The notes beneath the pieces were generated by a model. It saw nothing but the letters and a program-made list of their open reading frames with translations. It was not told where the DNA came from and searched no databases. This document shows, piece after piece, positions 28,848 to 35,722 of a stretch of 64,000 nt of DNA; positions within the stretch are counted from its first letter, which is position 1; every line of letters starts with the position of its first letter. The DNA is from a virus: IMG/VR virus record IMGVR_UViG_3300006990_000014; one strand, given 5' to 3'. A program made the position numbers and the translations under genes.

Positions 28848-29375
28848 ATGCCATTTTTAAATCAATACCAAAAAAAAGAAAATAAAAGAAAAAGTATTAA
28901 TACTTCACCTTCAAAATCAGAAATTCAATTAGCAAAAGAAATTGGTATTGATTTAGGCAAAAGCTGGAATGCGTATTCAAAAGAAGTAAGAGTGCATATC
29001 TATGTTAAAAACATGCAAGAAATGGTTAGGTTTTATAATAAGATACTCGAGTTTCCTGTTGTTAGGTATTGGAGATATAGTGATGGCGATGGGACACAAA
29101 TAAATGTAGGAGGCAATCTTATTGAGCTTTTTTCTAAAGGTCCAAGAAACTATTCAAATAAAGCTTTTTATGGCAACGTATCATTATCAGTCAAAGTAAG
29201 TGATGTTTATAAGCTTTACGAAAAAATGCAAAAAAAGAATATTCAAATTGGTGAGTTAATAGAAAATCCTTGGGGAGATGCTTCGTTCCACATAACAGAC
29301 CCTGAAGGGAATCGTTTGGCTTTTTTTAGTCCGACAATATCTAAAGAAAAATATTACAAAGTTAAGAAAAGCTAG
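28848..29375 (+). CDS. VOC / glyoxalase / bleomycin-resistance family protein
   Basis: RVHIYVKNMQEMVRFYNKILEF, LIELF, VSDVYKLYEKM, ENPWGDASFHITDPEGNRL; start placed at ATG 28848. Confidence 0.8.
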   Translation: MPFLNQYQKKENKRKSINTSPSKSEIQLAKEIGIDLGKSWNAYSKEVRVHIYVKNMQEMVRFYNKILEFPVVRYWRYSDGDGTQINVGGNLIELFSKGPRNYSNKAFYGNVSLSVKVSDVYKLYEKMQKKNIQIGELIENPWGDASFHITDPEGNRLAFFSPTISKEKYYKVKKS

Positions 29376-29440
29376 TAATATATAGAAGTATTACGTTATA
29401 TTTATCTATTGATGCGTCTTATATATAAAGCGAAGAAGAA

Positions 29441-29469
29441 GTGTGTCAGTGTATAAGAAGTGTCATAAT
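29441..29469 (+). promoter_or_regulatory. Candidate sigma70-like promoter GTGTGT-N17-CATAAT (with extended -10 TG)
   Basis: Exact 17-nt spacing; upstream of GIY-YIG gene; same architecture at three other sites. Confidence 0.4.
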
Positions 29470-29530
29470 GCCGTTTGACTTGCTAGGTTTTCACACTTTC
29501 ATTAGCAAGAAGGAAAAGTAGATAAATATA

Positions 29531-29854
29531 ATGTGGTATGTTTACGTTTTGTTATGTGCTGATAATTCTCTTTACTGCGGTATAACTACAAATCTTCAAA
29601 AAAGATTAAAGCAGCATAACGGAGAGATCAAAGGAGGCGCCAAATATACTAGGGGAAGAGGACCTCATCGAATTGTGTATATAAAAAAAGCGATGAATCG
29701 CTCCATCGCTTCTAAGTTAGAATATCAATTTAAGCAGCTAAGCCGCAGAAAGAAAATTGATTATCTTATTCGTCACCCTCTGCCTCAGGATCTTCTTCAG
29801 ACTGCTCGCCAGCAGGAACTTCCTCTTCTCCCCCTACAGGATCTTCTTCAGTAG
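29531..29854 (+). CDS. Stand-alone GIY-YIG nuclease (UPF0213/SLX1-like)
   Basis: WYVYVLLCADNSLYCGITTNLQKRLKQHNG...GAKYTRGR...ASKLEYQFK. Confidence 0.88.
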   Translation: MWYVYVLLCADNSLYCGITTNLQKRLKQHNGEIKGGAKYTRGRGPHRIVYIKKAMNRSIASKLEYQFKQLSRRKKIDYLIRHPLPQDLLQTARQQELPLLPLQDLLQ

Positions 29855-30173
29855 ATTCTTCACCAGCAGGAACCTCCATATCAGCCTCTTCACCAGCAGG
29901 AACCTCCATATCAGCCTCTTCACCAGCAGGAACCTCTTCAGGAACCTCCATGTCCAAATCATCAGGCATCTCTTCACCAGCAGGCGGTGCCTCAGGAAGT
30001 TCCTCGCAAGGCATTTCTTGAGGTGCCTCTTCACAAGTCTCATCTTCAGAAACTACACACTCTACTACTTGGCCGGCTTGAGGTTCTTCTTCTGTTTCAT
30101 CATCATCACATCCTGCAAAAAACGCAAACATTGAAACTAAAAGGGCTAAAACAATTGTTCTAATTCTTGACAT
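29766..30173 (-). CDS. Acidic Pro/Glu-rich lipoprotein with repeats
   Basis: Signal MSRIRTIVLALLVSMFAFFAG-C (lipobox-like) followed by DDD; EVPAGEEADM repeats; AAGGAG SD on minus strand. Confidence 0.75.
   Translation of the reverse strand: MSRIRTIVLALLVSMFAFFAGCDDDETEEEPQAGQVVECVVSEDETCEEAPQEMPCEELPEAPPAGEEMPDDLDMEVPEEVPAGEEADMEVPAGEEADMEVPAGEESTEEDPVGGEEEVPAGEQSEEDPEAEGDE
29857..29935 (-). repeat. 30-bp tandem repeat, about 2.6 copies (EVPAGEEADM)
   Basis: TCTTCACCAGCAGGAACCTCCATATCAGCC repeated at 29857, 29887 and partially 29917. Confidence 0.9.
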
Positions 30174-30190
30174 ATTTATCTCCTTTTTGA

Positions 30191-30219
30191 AATATAAATC
30201 ATTTAAATATGTATTACAA
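30191..30219 (-). promoter_or_regulatory. Candidate sigma70-like promoter TTGTAA-N17-TATATT for the lipoprotein gene
   Basis: Minus-strand hexamers at 30219-30214 and 30196-30191 with 17-nt spacer, just upstream of the SD. Confidence 0.45.
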
Positions 30220-30273
30220 TATTATATAAAGTTATAATAATTTTTATAATTAATTAAAACAAAGGAGATAAAT

Positions 30274-30633
30274 ATGCCTATTAACATAGATGCAGAAGAT
30301 TTTTTGAAAATCATAAAAGACAATACTTTTCAGAAAGTATTTATTGGATTAGTCTTGGTTGTCTGTTCTTTTTTTGCAGGAAAAGCTACAGCACCTGAAT
30401 GTAAACAGACAATAATATGTTCAGATATCATTAGAGATCGTGATATACTTTCATCTCAACTTACAGAAGAAAGAAGTAAATGTCAAACAGAAAAAGTCAA
30501 ATCCTTGCAGACTCTGACGAGTGATCTTAACAAAGACTGTGCACTAAGAATTGATGAAGCAATTGGTCACTGTGAATTTAGTGAAGATTTACATTGTCCT
30601 ATTTGTGTAGCTAGAGGAGTTTGTTCGCAATGA
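30274..30633 (+). CDS. Membrane-anchored Cys-rich coiled-coil protein (possible i-spanin-like)
   Basis: TM segment VFIGLVLVVCSFFAG, then heptad-like helix and multiple Cys. Confidence 0.5.
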   Translation: MPINIDAEDFLKIIKDNTFQKVFIGLVLVVCSFFAGKATAPECKQTIICSDIIRDRDILSSQLTEERSKCQTEKVKSLQTLTSDLNKDCALRIDEAIGHCEFSEDLHCPICVARGVCSQ

Positions 30634-31142
30634 TTAAAAACACTATTTTAAGTTTAGCTTTAATTTTTTCTTTAACATTAACAAAAGTTAACGCTCAAGT
30701 TTCTGTCAATATTCCAACTACTAACTCAGATAGACAAACTGAGTCAATAATAATTCAGCATAAAGACGTAAAAATTACAGTTGGTGACTTGGAAATATAT
30801 GCACCATTTATTTATAAAGGTGAGGTAGCGCCAAGGCAAGGTTACTTGATTGGAATAAGAGATACTATAAGAATGAAAGACATAGTAACAGGCTGTCAAA
30901 GTAGCTGTGATTCTTTAGTTAACATAATTAAAAACGAATACGAGCTTAAACTTTCGCAATGTCAAAGTAGCTGTAATAAAAGAATAAAGATAATCACATT
31001 AGACAATGATTTACTTAAAAATAAAAACAAAGATCTTTTAAGAAGCTTAAAGTCTGAAAAAAGAAGCAAAATAATCTGGGCAACAATATCAGCTGTGAGT
31101 GGAGCTGGCCTAGGTATTTTAATTTACGAGATTTCAAAATAA
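30630..31142 (+). CDS. Secreted/membrane protein with signal peptide and C-terminal TM helix
   Basis: ATGA overlap with previous gene, GAGGAG SD; MIKNTILSLALIFSLTLTKVNA signal; C-terminal IIWATISAVSGAGLGILIY. Confidence 0.55.
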   Translation: MIKNTILSLALIFSLTLTKVNAQVSVNIPTTNSDRQTESIIIQHKDVKITVGDLEIYAPFIYKGEVAPRQGYLIGIRDTIRMKDIVTGCQSSCDSLVNIIKNEYELKLSQCQSSCNKRIKIITLDNDLLKNKNKDLLRSLKSEKRSKIIWATISAVSGAGLGILIYEISK

Positions 31143-31191
31143 CAACTTTTTTGTGATAATTAATAAAGTATATTAAAATTAGGAGGTGCAT

Positions 31192-31473
31192 GTGGATATG
31201 CAACCAAACTTAGTGTTATCAATAGGTACAGTTTTTTCAGTTTTAGGTTTGTTTTACTCTTGGCATAAAGACTCAAAAAAAAATGCCGAAGAAATGGCAG
31301 ATTTAAAAGCAAGAGTGAATACTTTAGAAGACAAAGCAAAAGTTACAGAAAGTGTTCTACAAGAACTATTAGCATCTGTCCAAGAAATTAAAGTCACTTT
31401 AGCTAAAATAGAAACAAAAATGACAATTATAGAAAAAGACATTAATATCTTAAAAGAAAAAAGCGACATTTAG
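31192..31473 (+). CDS. Single-TM plus coiled-coil protein (holin/XhlA-like topology)
   Basis: AGGAGG SD at 31181-31186 (start GTG 31192 or ATG 31198); LVLSIGTVFSVLGLFYSW then long heptad repeat. Confidence 0.5.
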   Translation: MDMQPNLVLSIGTVFSVLGLFYSWHKDSKKNAEEMADLKARVNTLEDKAKVTESVLQELLASVQEIKVTLAKIETKMTIIEKDINILKEKSDI

Positions 31474-31511
31474 TAATATATAATATAGTAATAGTTTAAC
31501 AGGAGAATACA

Positions 31512-31733
31512 ATGAGATTAAGCCCAAGAATGTTAAGAAGAATGATTATGCAAGAAATGCGTAACCTTGAGAGAAGTAGACTTGTAGAAGGAACTACTGA
31601 AAGACCTGTAAGAATTACAGCAGAATATCTTAACAGAGTTATCAAAGAAGAGTATGCAGCGCATCAAAAACAACAGCGTCTAGCAGAAGCTAGAAGCCGG
31701 CGCCGAAGAGCTAGAAGCTCTTATTACTACTAA
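31512..31733 (+). CDS. Small basic protein with two L-x-x-(M/V)-I-x-E helices
   Basis: AGGAG SD; LSPRMLRRMIMQE and ITAEYLNRVIKEE; Arg-rich C-terminus. Confidence 0.65.
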   Translation: MRLSPRMLRRMIMQEMRNLERSRLVEGTTERPVRITAEYLNRVIKEEYAAHQKQQRLAEARSRRRRARSSYYY

Positions 31734-31752
31734 TAAAAAAAATAAAAAAAGA

Positions 31753-31781
31753 GTGTACATTTATTAATTTGTGTTTATTAT
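31753..31781 (+). promoter_or_regulatory. Candidate sigma70-like promoter GTGTAC-N17-TATTAT
   Basis: 25 of 33 nt identical to the site at 62977-63009; upstream of 31838. Confidence 0.5.
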
Positions 31782-31837
31782 ATACCTGCATTTAATCGCG
31801 AACAAAAAAATCTAATATTAAATGAAAGGATTAACAA

Positions 31838-32098
31838 ATGCAATTATCACCAGAACAAGTTCAATCAATAAATATTCTTCTCTCGGCAGTACAAGTAGCG
31901 CAACGACGAGGAGCCTTTTCTTTGCAAGATGCTTCAACATTGCAAGAAGCAATTGATCGACTAGTACCTCGTGAAGAGCAAGAGAGACAAGCAGCAGAGG
32001 CACAAGCTGCCGATGCGAGTGGCGATGAGGCTGAAGCAGTAAGTATGCCTGAGTCTGACGAGGTTGTTGATGCAGAACCTGCCGGTGACTCTGAGTAA
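31838..32098 (+). CDS. Hypothetical protein
   Basis: AAGGA SD; helical N-terminus INILLSAVQVAQRRGAFSLQDA, acidic tail. Confidence 0.7.
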   Translation: MQLSPEQVQSINILLSAVQVAQRRGAFSLQDASTLQEAIDRLVPREEQERQAAEAQAADASGDEAEAVSMPESDEVVDAEPAGDSE

Positions 32099-32135
32099 TA
32101 TTAGCTTATTACGTATTTTTAACGTTAAATAAATT

Positions 32136-32164
32136 AAGGTGCACGTAAAAAATGCACCTTTTTT
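32136..32164 (+). terminator. Rho-independent terminator
   Basis: AAGGTGCA-9 nt-TGCACCTT followed by TTTT. Confidence 0.8.
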
Positions 32165-32180
32165 GTAATATATAGCATTA

Positions 32181-32259
32181 GGCCCGATGCAAACATAACA
32201 GCTGACCCCGCCAGTGCATCGGAATCATGCGGACAAGTTTATCCGAAAAGGAGGAAGTT
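32181..32259 (+). promoter_or_regulatory. Candidate structured 5' leader RNA (cis-regulatory)
   Basis: 36 of 65 nt G+C in an AT-rich genome; perfect 8-bp stem CCGATGCA/TGCATCGG, inner CTG/CAG stem, CGGA/TCCG hairpin abutting the AAGGAGG SD. Confidence 0.55.
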
Positions 32260-32769
32260 ATGCCAAGTGTAGAATATACGCAAGTAAAAGGGTTAGTGCA
32301 AAAGTCATCGACAGATGCTGCTCTAGACTTGCGTGGTGAATTATCAGGATTTAGAAAAAAAATTGTGCCAATATCAGCAGCAGCTAATACTTTAAAAAAT
32401 GAAGATTCAGGAAAAGTTTTTCTTGTTACTCATAACGCAGATAACGATATTGATATAACATTACCAGCTGCCCCTGAAACAGGTGTTAAATATAGAGTTA
32501 TAACTGCTATAGATGTTGCAGCAGGAAAAACAATAGAAGTAATCCAAGGTGATGGTGCTCACGATTTTGCTGGAACTTTATATCAAGGAGGCGCAGCAGT
32601 TGATAGAGCAAATTTAGCTGTTAACAATGACCCAGAAGATGATTCGAAAATTCGGTTTGTAGCAGACACAGCCAAAGCAGGAGATTTTATTGAGCTATTT
32701 TACACAGGCTCAAAATGGTCAGTTCAAGGCGTAAGCCAAGCAGCTGGCGGATTAATATTTGTAGTATAA
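32260..32769 (+). CDS. Putative virion decoration/fibre protein, paralog 1
   Basis: AAGGAGG SD before ATG 32260; MPSVEYTQVKGLVQKS, LKNEDSGKVFLV, ITLPAAP, AGDFIELFYTGSKW. Confidence 0.65.
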   Translation: MPSVEYTQVKGLVQKSSTDAALDLRGELSGFRKKIVPISAAANTLKNEDSGKVFLVTHNADNDIDITLPAAPETGVKYRVITAIDVAAGKTIEVIQGDGAHDFAGTLYQGGAAVDRANLAVNNDPEDDSKIRFVADTAKAGDFIELFYTGSKWSVQGVSQAAGGLIFVV

Positions 32770-32799
32770 TTTAATATAAAAATAAAAAGGAAAAATAAT

Positions 32800-33735
32800 A
32801 TGCCAAGCGTAGAATATACAAAAGAAAAAGGTTTAGTTCAAAAATCATCAACATCTTCATCACTTGATCTTCGTGGTGAGTTATCAGGTCATCGTCAAGC
32901 TGTTCGAACATTAGCAACTGCAACAGAACAACTATCTGTTGCTGACAGTGGAAAAGAATTGCTTTTAGGCGCAAACGTCAGATCAGTTTTACTTCCTGCA
33001 GTTGCTGGAGTTAGAACATCTGTAAAATTTACAGCTGCTAATGGACCATTTACTGTAAATGAAGTATTTACATTTGAAGGATTTGGTAGGAAATTTAAAC
33101 TAAAAGTCGTTGCAGACGCTGCTGACGCTAACAACGGTAAATTAGTTTCAACAGATTCGTCTGGAGTAAGTACATTTCAGCTCGAGCGAGGCCTTGATAT
33201 CGACGGAGCAATTACAAATTTGCATACTTTGCTAGGAACAGGCGCAAACGATTTCTCTCCTTTGAGTGGAGTAGCTGTGCAAGCTGTTCAAGGTGGAACT
33301 AATTTTCAAATTGACTCAACTTTACCTGGAAATAGAAACGGAGTACTTGTAGATAAAGACGAAGCTGCACTAACAACTGCAGGTGTAATTGCTACAAACT
33401 TAACTGCTAATATTATTCCTAATCAAGGACAAGATGCAATTGCTGATGCTTCTGGTTTAAGAATTAGATTGGTAGCAGCTGCTATTGATGGAAATATTGT
33501 TGTAGAAATTCCAAAAGATGACGCGCTAGCTGCCCGAGACGAAGGCTCTCTGGTTGGTACAGTTCTTAATGCAGGAGGAGTAGAGGAAGTATCAGGTGAT
33601 GCTATGACAATTGTAAATGCTCACGACACTGCAGGAGACTTTTTTGAGCTTCTATGTGATGGAGCTGCAGCACCAAAATGGTATGTTAGCGGAGCAATTC
33701 AGTCAGCTAATGGCGCTGCGTTAACATTTGCATAA
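32800..33735 (+). CDS. Putative virion decoration/fibre protein, paralog 2 with inserted domain
   Basis: MPSVEYTKEKGLVQKS, LSVADSGKELLL, AGDFFELLCDG...KW shared with paralog 1; central insertion. Confidence 0.65.
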   Translation: MPSVEYTKEKGLVQKSSTSSSLDLRGELSGHRQAVRTLATATEQLSVADSGKELLLGANVRSVLLPAVAGVRTSVKFTAANGPFTVNEVFTFEGFGRKFKLKVVADAADANNGKLVSTDSSGVSTFQLERGLDIDGAITNLHTLLGTGANDFSPLSGVAVQAVQGGTNFQIDSTLPGNRNGVLVDKDEAALTTAGVIATNLTANIIPNQGQDAIADASGLRIRLVAAAIDGNIVVEIPKDDALAARDEGSLVGTVLNAGGVEEVSGDAMTIVNAHDTAGDFFELLCDGAAAPKWYVSGAIQSANGAALTFA

Positions 33736-33754
33736 TTTAAAGGAGTAAACTAAA

Positions 33755-34120
33755 ATGTCGAGAGCTAAAAAATCAGAAGAAGATAAAAAGGTTAATTTAG
33801 AAAAACCAGATGAGAAACCTGCTTCTAAGAAGACAGAAGCTAAGCCTGCGCCTAAAAAAGCAGAAGCTAAGCCTGCTCCTAAAAAAGCAGAAGCTAAGCC
33901 TGCGCCTAAAAAAGCAGCTGTAAAAAGCGTTGCTTCTTCAAGCTTGAAAGTTTCTGCTGGTGATTGCGTTCAAAATAATTTAAGAGATGGATTAAAAGGT
34001 AGAGTTTTAAGCTTTAAATCTAACGAGCAAGGGTTTGCAACAAAATTAACTGTATCGTGGGAAAATGGTTTGCAATATGCAATTTCATACTTAAACGTTT
34101 CTGTTTGTAAAAAATGTTAA
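33755..34120 (+). CDS. Lys/Ala/Pro-repeat (histone-H1-like) protein with small C-terminal beta domain
   Basis: AGGAG SD; (EAKPAPKKA)x3. Confidence 0.65.
   Translation: MSRAKKSEEDKKVNLEKPDEKPASKKTEAKPAPKKAEAKPAPKKAEAKPAPKKAAVKSVASSSLKVSAGDCVQNNLRDGLKGRVLSFKSNEQGFATKLTVSWENGLQYAISYLNVSVCKKC
33834..33917 (+). repeat. 27-bp tandem repeat x3
   Basis: CAGAAGCTAAGCCTGC(G/T)CCTAAAAAAG at 33834, 33861, 33888. Confidence 0.9.
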
Positions 34121-34148
34121 TTAATAGATAATCTTATTAATATCTATT

Positions 34149-34190
34149 AAACCTCTGCAAGATTTCTTATGTTATCTGTAGAGGTTTTTT
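34149..34190 (+). terminator. Rho-independent terminator
   Basis: AAACCTCTGC/GTAGAGGTTT stem plus AGAT/ATCT, followed by T run. Confidence 0.7.
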
Positions 34191-34271
34191 AGTATTTGCT
34201 GTTTGAAATCTTATTCTTTAGCAAAGACTTTTATAATTAGATATGTATATAAAAGATTATAGGAGTTATGT

Positions 34272-35717
34272 ATGGCTTCATTTTTAAGCATGCTAAGTAA
34301 TCAGCCGACGCCTTTTGGCTCATTTGATAGTGATAGCCACTTTCAAGAAGATGCAGATAAAATTGTTTTATACGTTAAACGTCGATTAGGTGATGATGTA
34401 ATGTCGGTAGAGTTGACAAATAAGCAAATATGGGCAAACTTTGAAGAGGCTACATTTGAGTTTTCAAAAAAAATAAATGCTCATCAGGCTGAATCTTATA
34501 TGTCTAACATACTTGGTCTCAAGACTGGACCAACTGAAACATATAAAAAAAATGCGCTTGGAAATTATTATTACGGTGATGAATTGGATGCTAATACGCA
34601 ACCTTTGTTAATACAAAACGTAAACGATCCTCGGTTTTTAGCACAAAATGTTGAAGGTCAATACGACAATGGTGAAATTGTTGCTAAAGATAATAATCCT
34701 CCAGCAGTGCCTATTGAAGATAAAAAAGTAGGTCCTAATGGACAAGAGCAAAGATTTCCTAGAGAGACTTTAGAATATTTATTAAGAAGAGCTGAACCTT
34801 ATGCTAGCGAAGCTTTTGTTGGTGGTGTAAACAATTCTTTGGACGGATTTATAGAGTTACAACACAACAAACAAGATTATAACATCTATAAAGAACTCCA
34901 AATACCTACAGACGATGTTGTCTTAAACTTAGATAAGTACAATAACGATCCAGCACAAAAATCTTTATTTAATCCAGTCTATAAAGAAAAAGTTTTGCCG
35001 ACTGCTTCAATGACAAAGATTAAAGTAAATGAGATATTTCACTTTTCTCCTCAAGCTGCATATCGATTTTTTGATACAACGTCAGCAATTAACTACTTAA
35101 ATAATCAATTTGCATTTGAATCTTTTACACCAGAAACTGTATTTTATGTTTTGCCTGTTTTTGAAGATTTATTAAGAGCAGGTCAATTAGACATATCAAA
35201 TAGAGTTAGAAGAAGTAATTACTCATATAAGTTACAAGGGCAAAATTTAAGAATTTATCCTCGACCTACACAAGATAATCCTATGAATCTTTTCATTAAA
35301 TTTTCTTTCCCTACAGATCCTTTTTCGCCTAATCTGCCGTATGGGGACGAATCTATAGACGGCGTTTCAAACTTGTCAAACGTTCCTTTTGGAAATATTA
35401 CTTATAGTAAAATTAATCAAATGTCTAGACAATGGATAAGACAGTATACACTTGCACTATGCAAAGAAACATTAGGACTTATTAGATCAAAGTTTAGTTC
35501 TGTGCCTATTCCTGGTAGCGATGTCCAGTTAAATGGCTCTGATTTGCTAAGCCAAGGTAGAGATGATCAGCAAAAGCTTATAGACTCTTTAAATGAGCAG
35601 CTTGACAAATTAACATACCAGAAGTTATTAGAAGCTGATGCTGCTCAGAGCGAAACAATGCTTAATATATTAAAGCGAGTACCTGTGCCTAATGGCAAAG
35701 CAATTATAATAGGATAA
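34272..35717 (+). CDS. gp13: Neck protein 1 / head-tail adaptor (T4 gp13-like)
   Basis: YVKRRLGDDVMSVELTNKQI N-terminus; C-terminal WIRQYTLALCKETLGLIRSKFSSVPIPGSDVQLNG typical of gp13. Confidence 0.8.
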   Translation: MASFLSMLSNQPTPFGSFDSDSHFQEDADKIVLYVKRRLGDDVMSVELTNKQIWANFEEATFEFSKKINAHQAESYMSNILGLKTGPTETYKKNALGNYYYGDELDANTQPLLIQNVNDPRFLAQNVEGQYDNGEIVAKDNNPPAVPIEDKKVGPNGQEQRFPRETLEYLLRRAEPYASEAFVGGVNNSLDGFIELQHNKQDYNIYKELQIPTDDVVLNLDKYNNDPAQKSLFNPVYKEKVLPTASMTKIKVNEIFHFSPQAAYRFFDTTSAINYLNNQFAFESFTPETVFYVLPVFEDLLRAGQLDISNRVRRSNYSYKLQGQNLRIYPRPTQDNPMNLFIKFSFPTDPFSPNLPYGDESIDGVSNLSNVPFGNITYSKINQMSRQWIRQYTLALCKETLGLIRSKFSSVPIPGSDVQLNGSDLLSQGRDDQQKLIDSLNEQLDKLTYQKLLEADAAQSETMLNILKRVPVPNGKAIIIG

Positions 35718-35722
35718 TAAAG

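Noticed and set aside
29531-29854. GIY-YIG as an intron-encoded or free-standing homing endonuclease
   Set aside because: Short UPF0213/SLX1-type domain with no DNA-binding tail and no interrupted host gene or intron structure
29757-30134. Plus-strand 125-aa ORF with FTSRNLHIS repeats
   Set aside because: Antisense reading of the lipoprotein repeat; the minus-strand frame has signal peptide, SD and promoter
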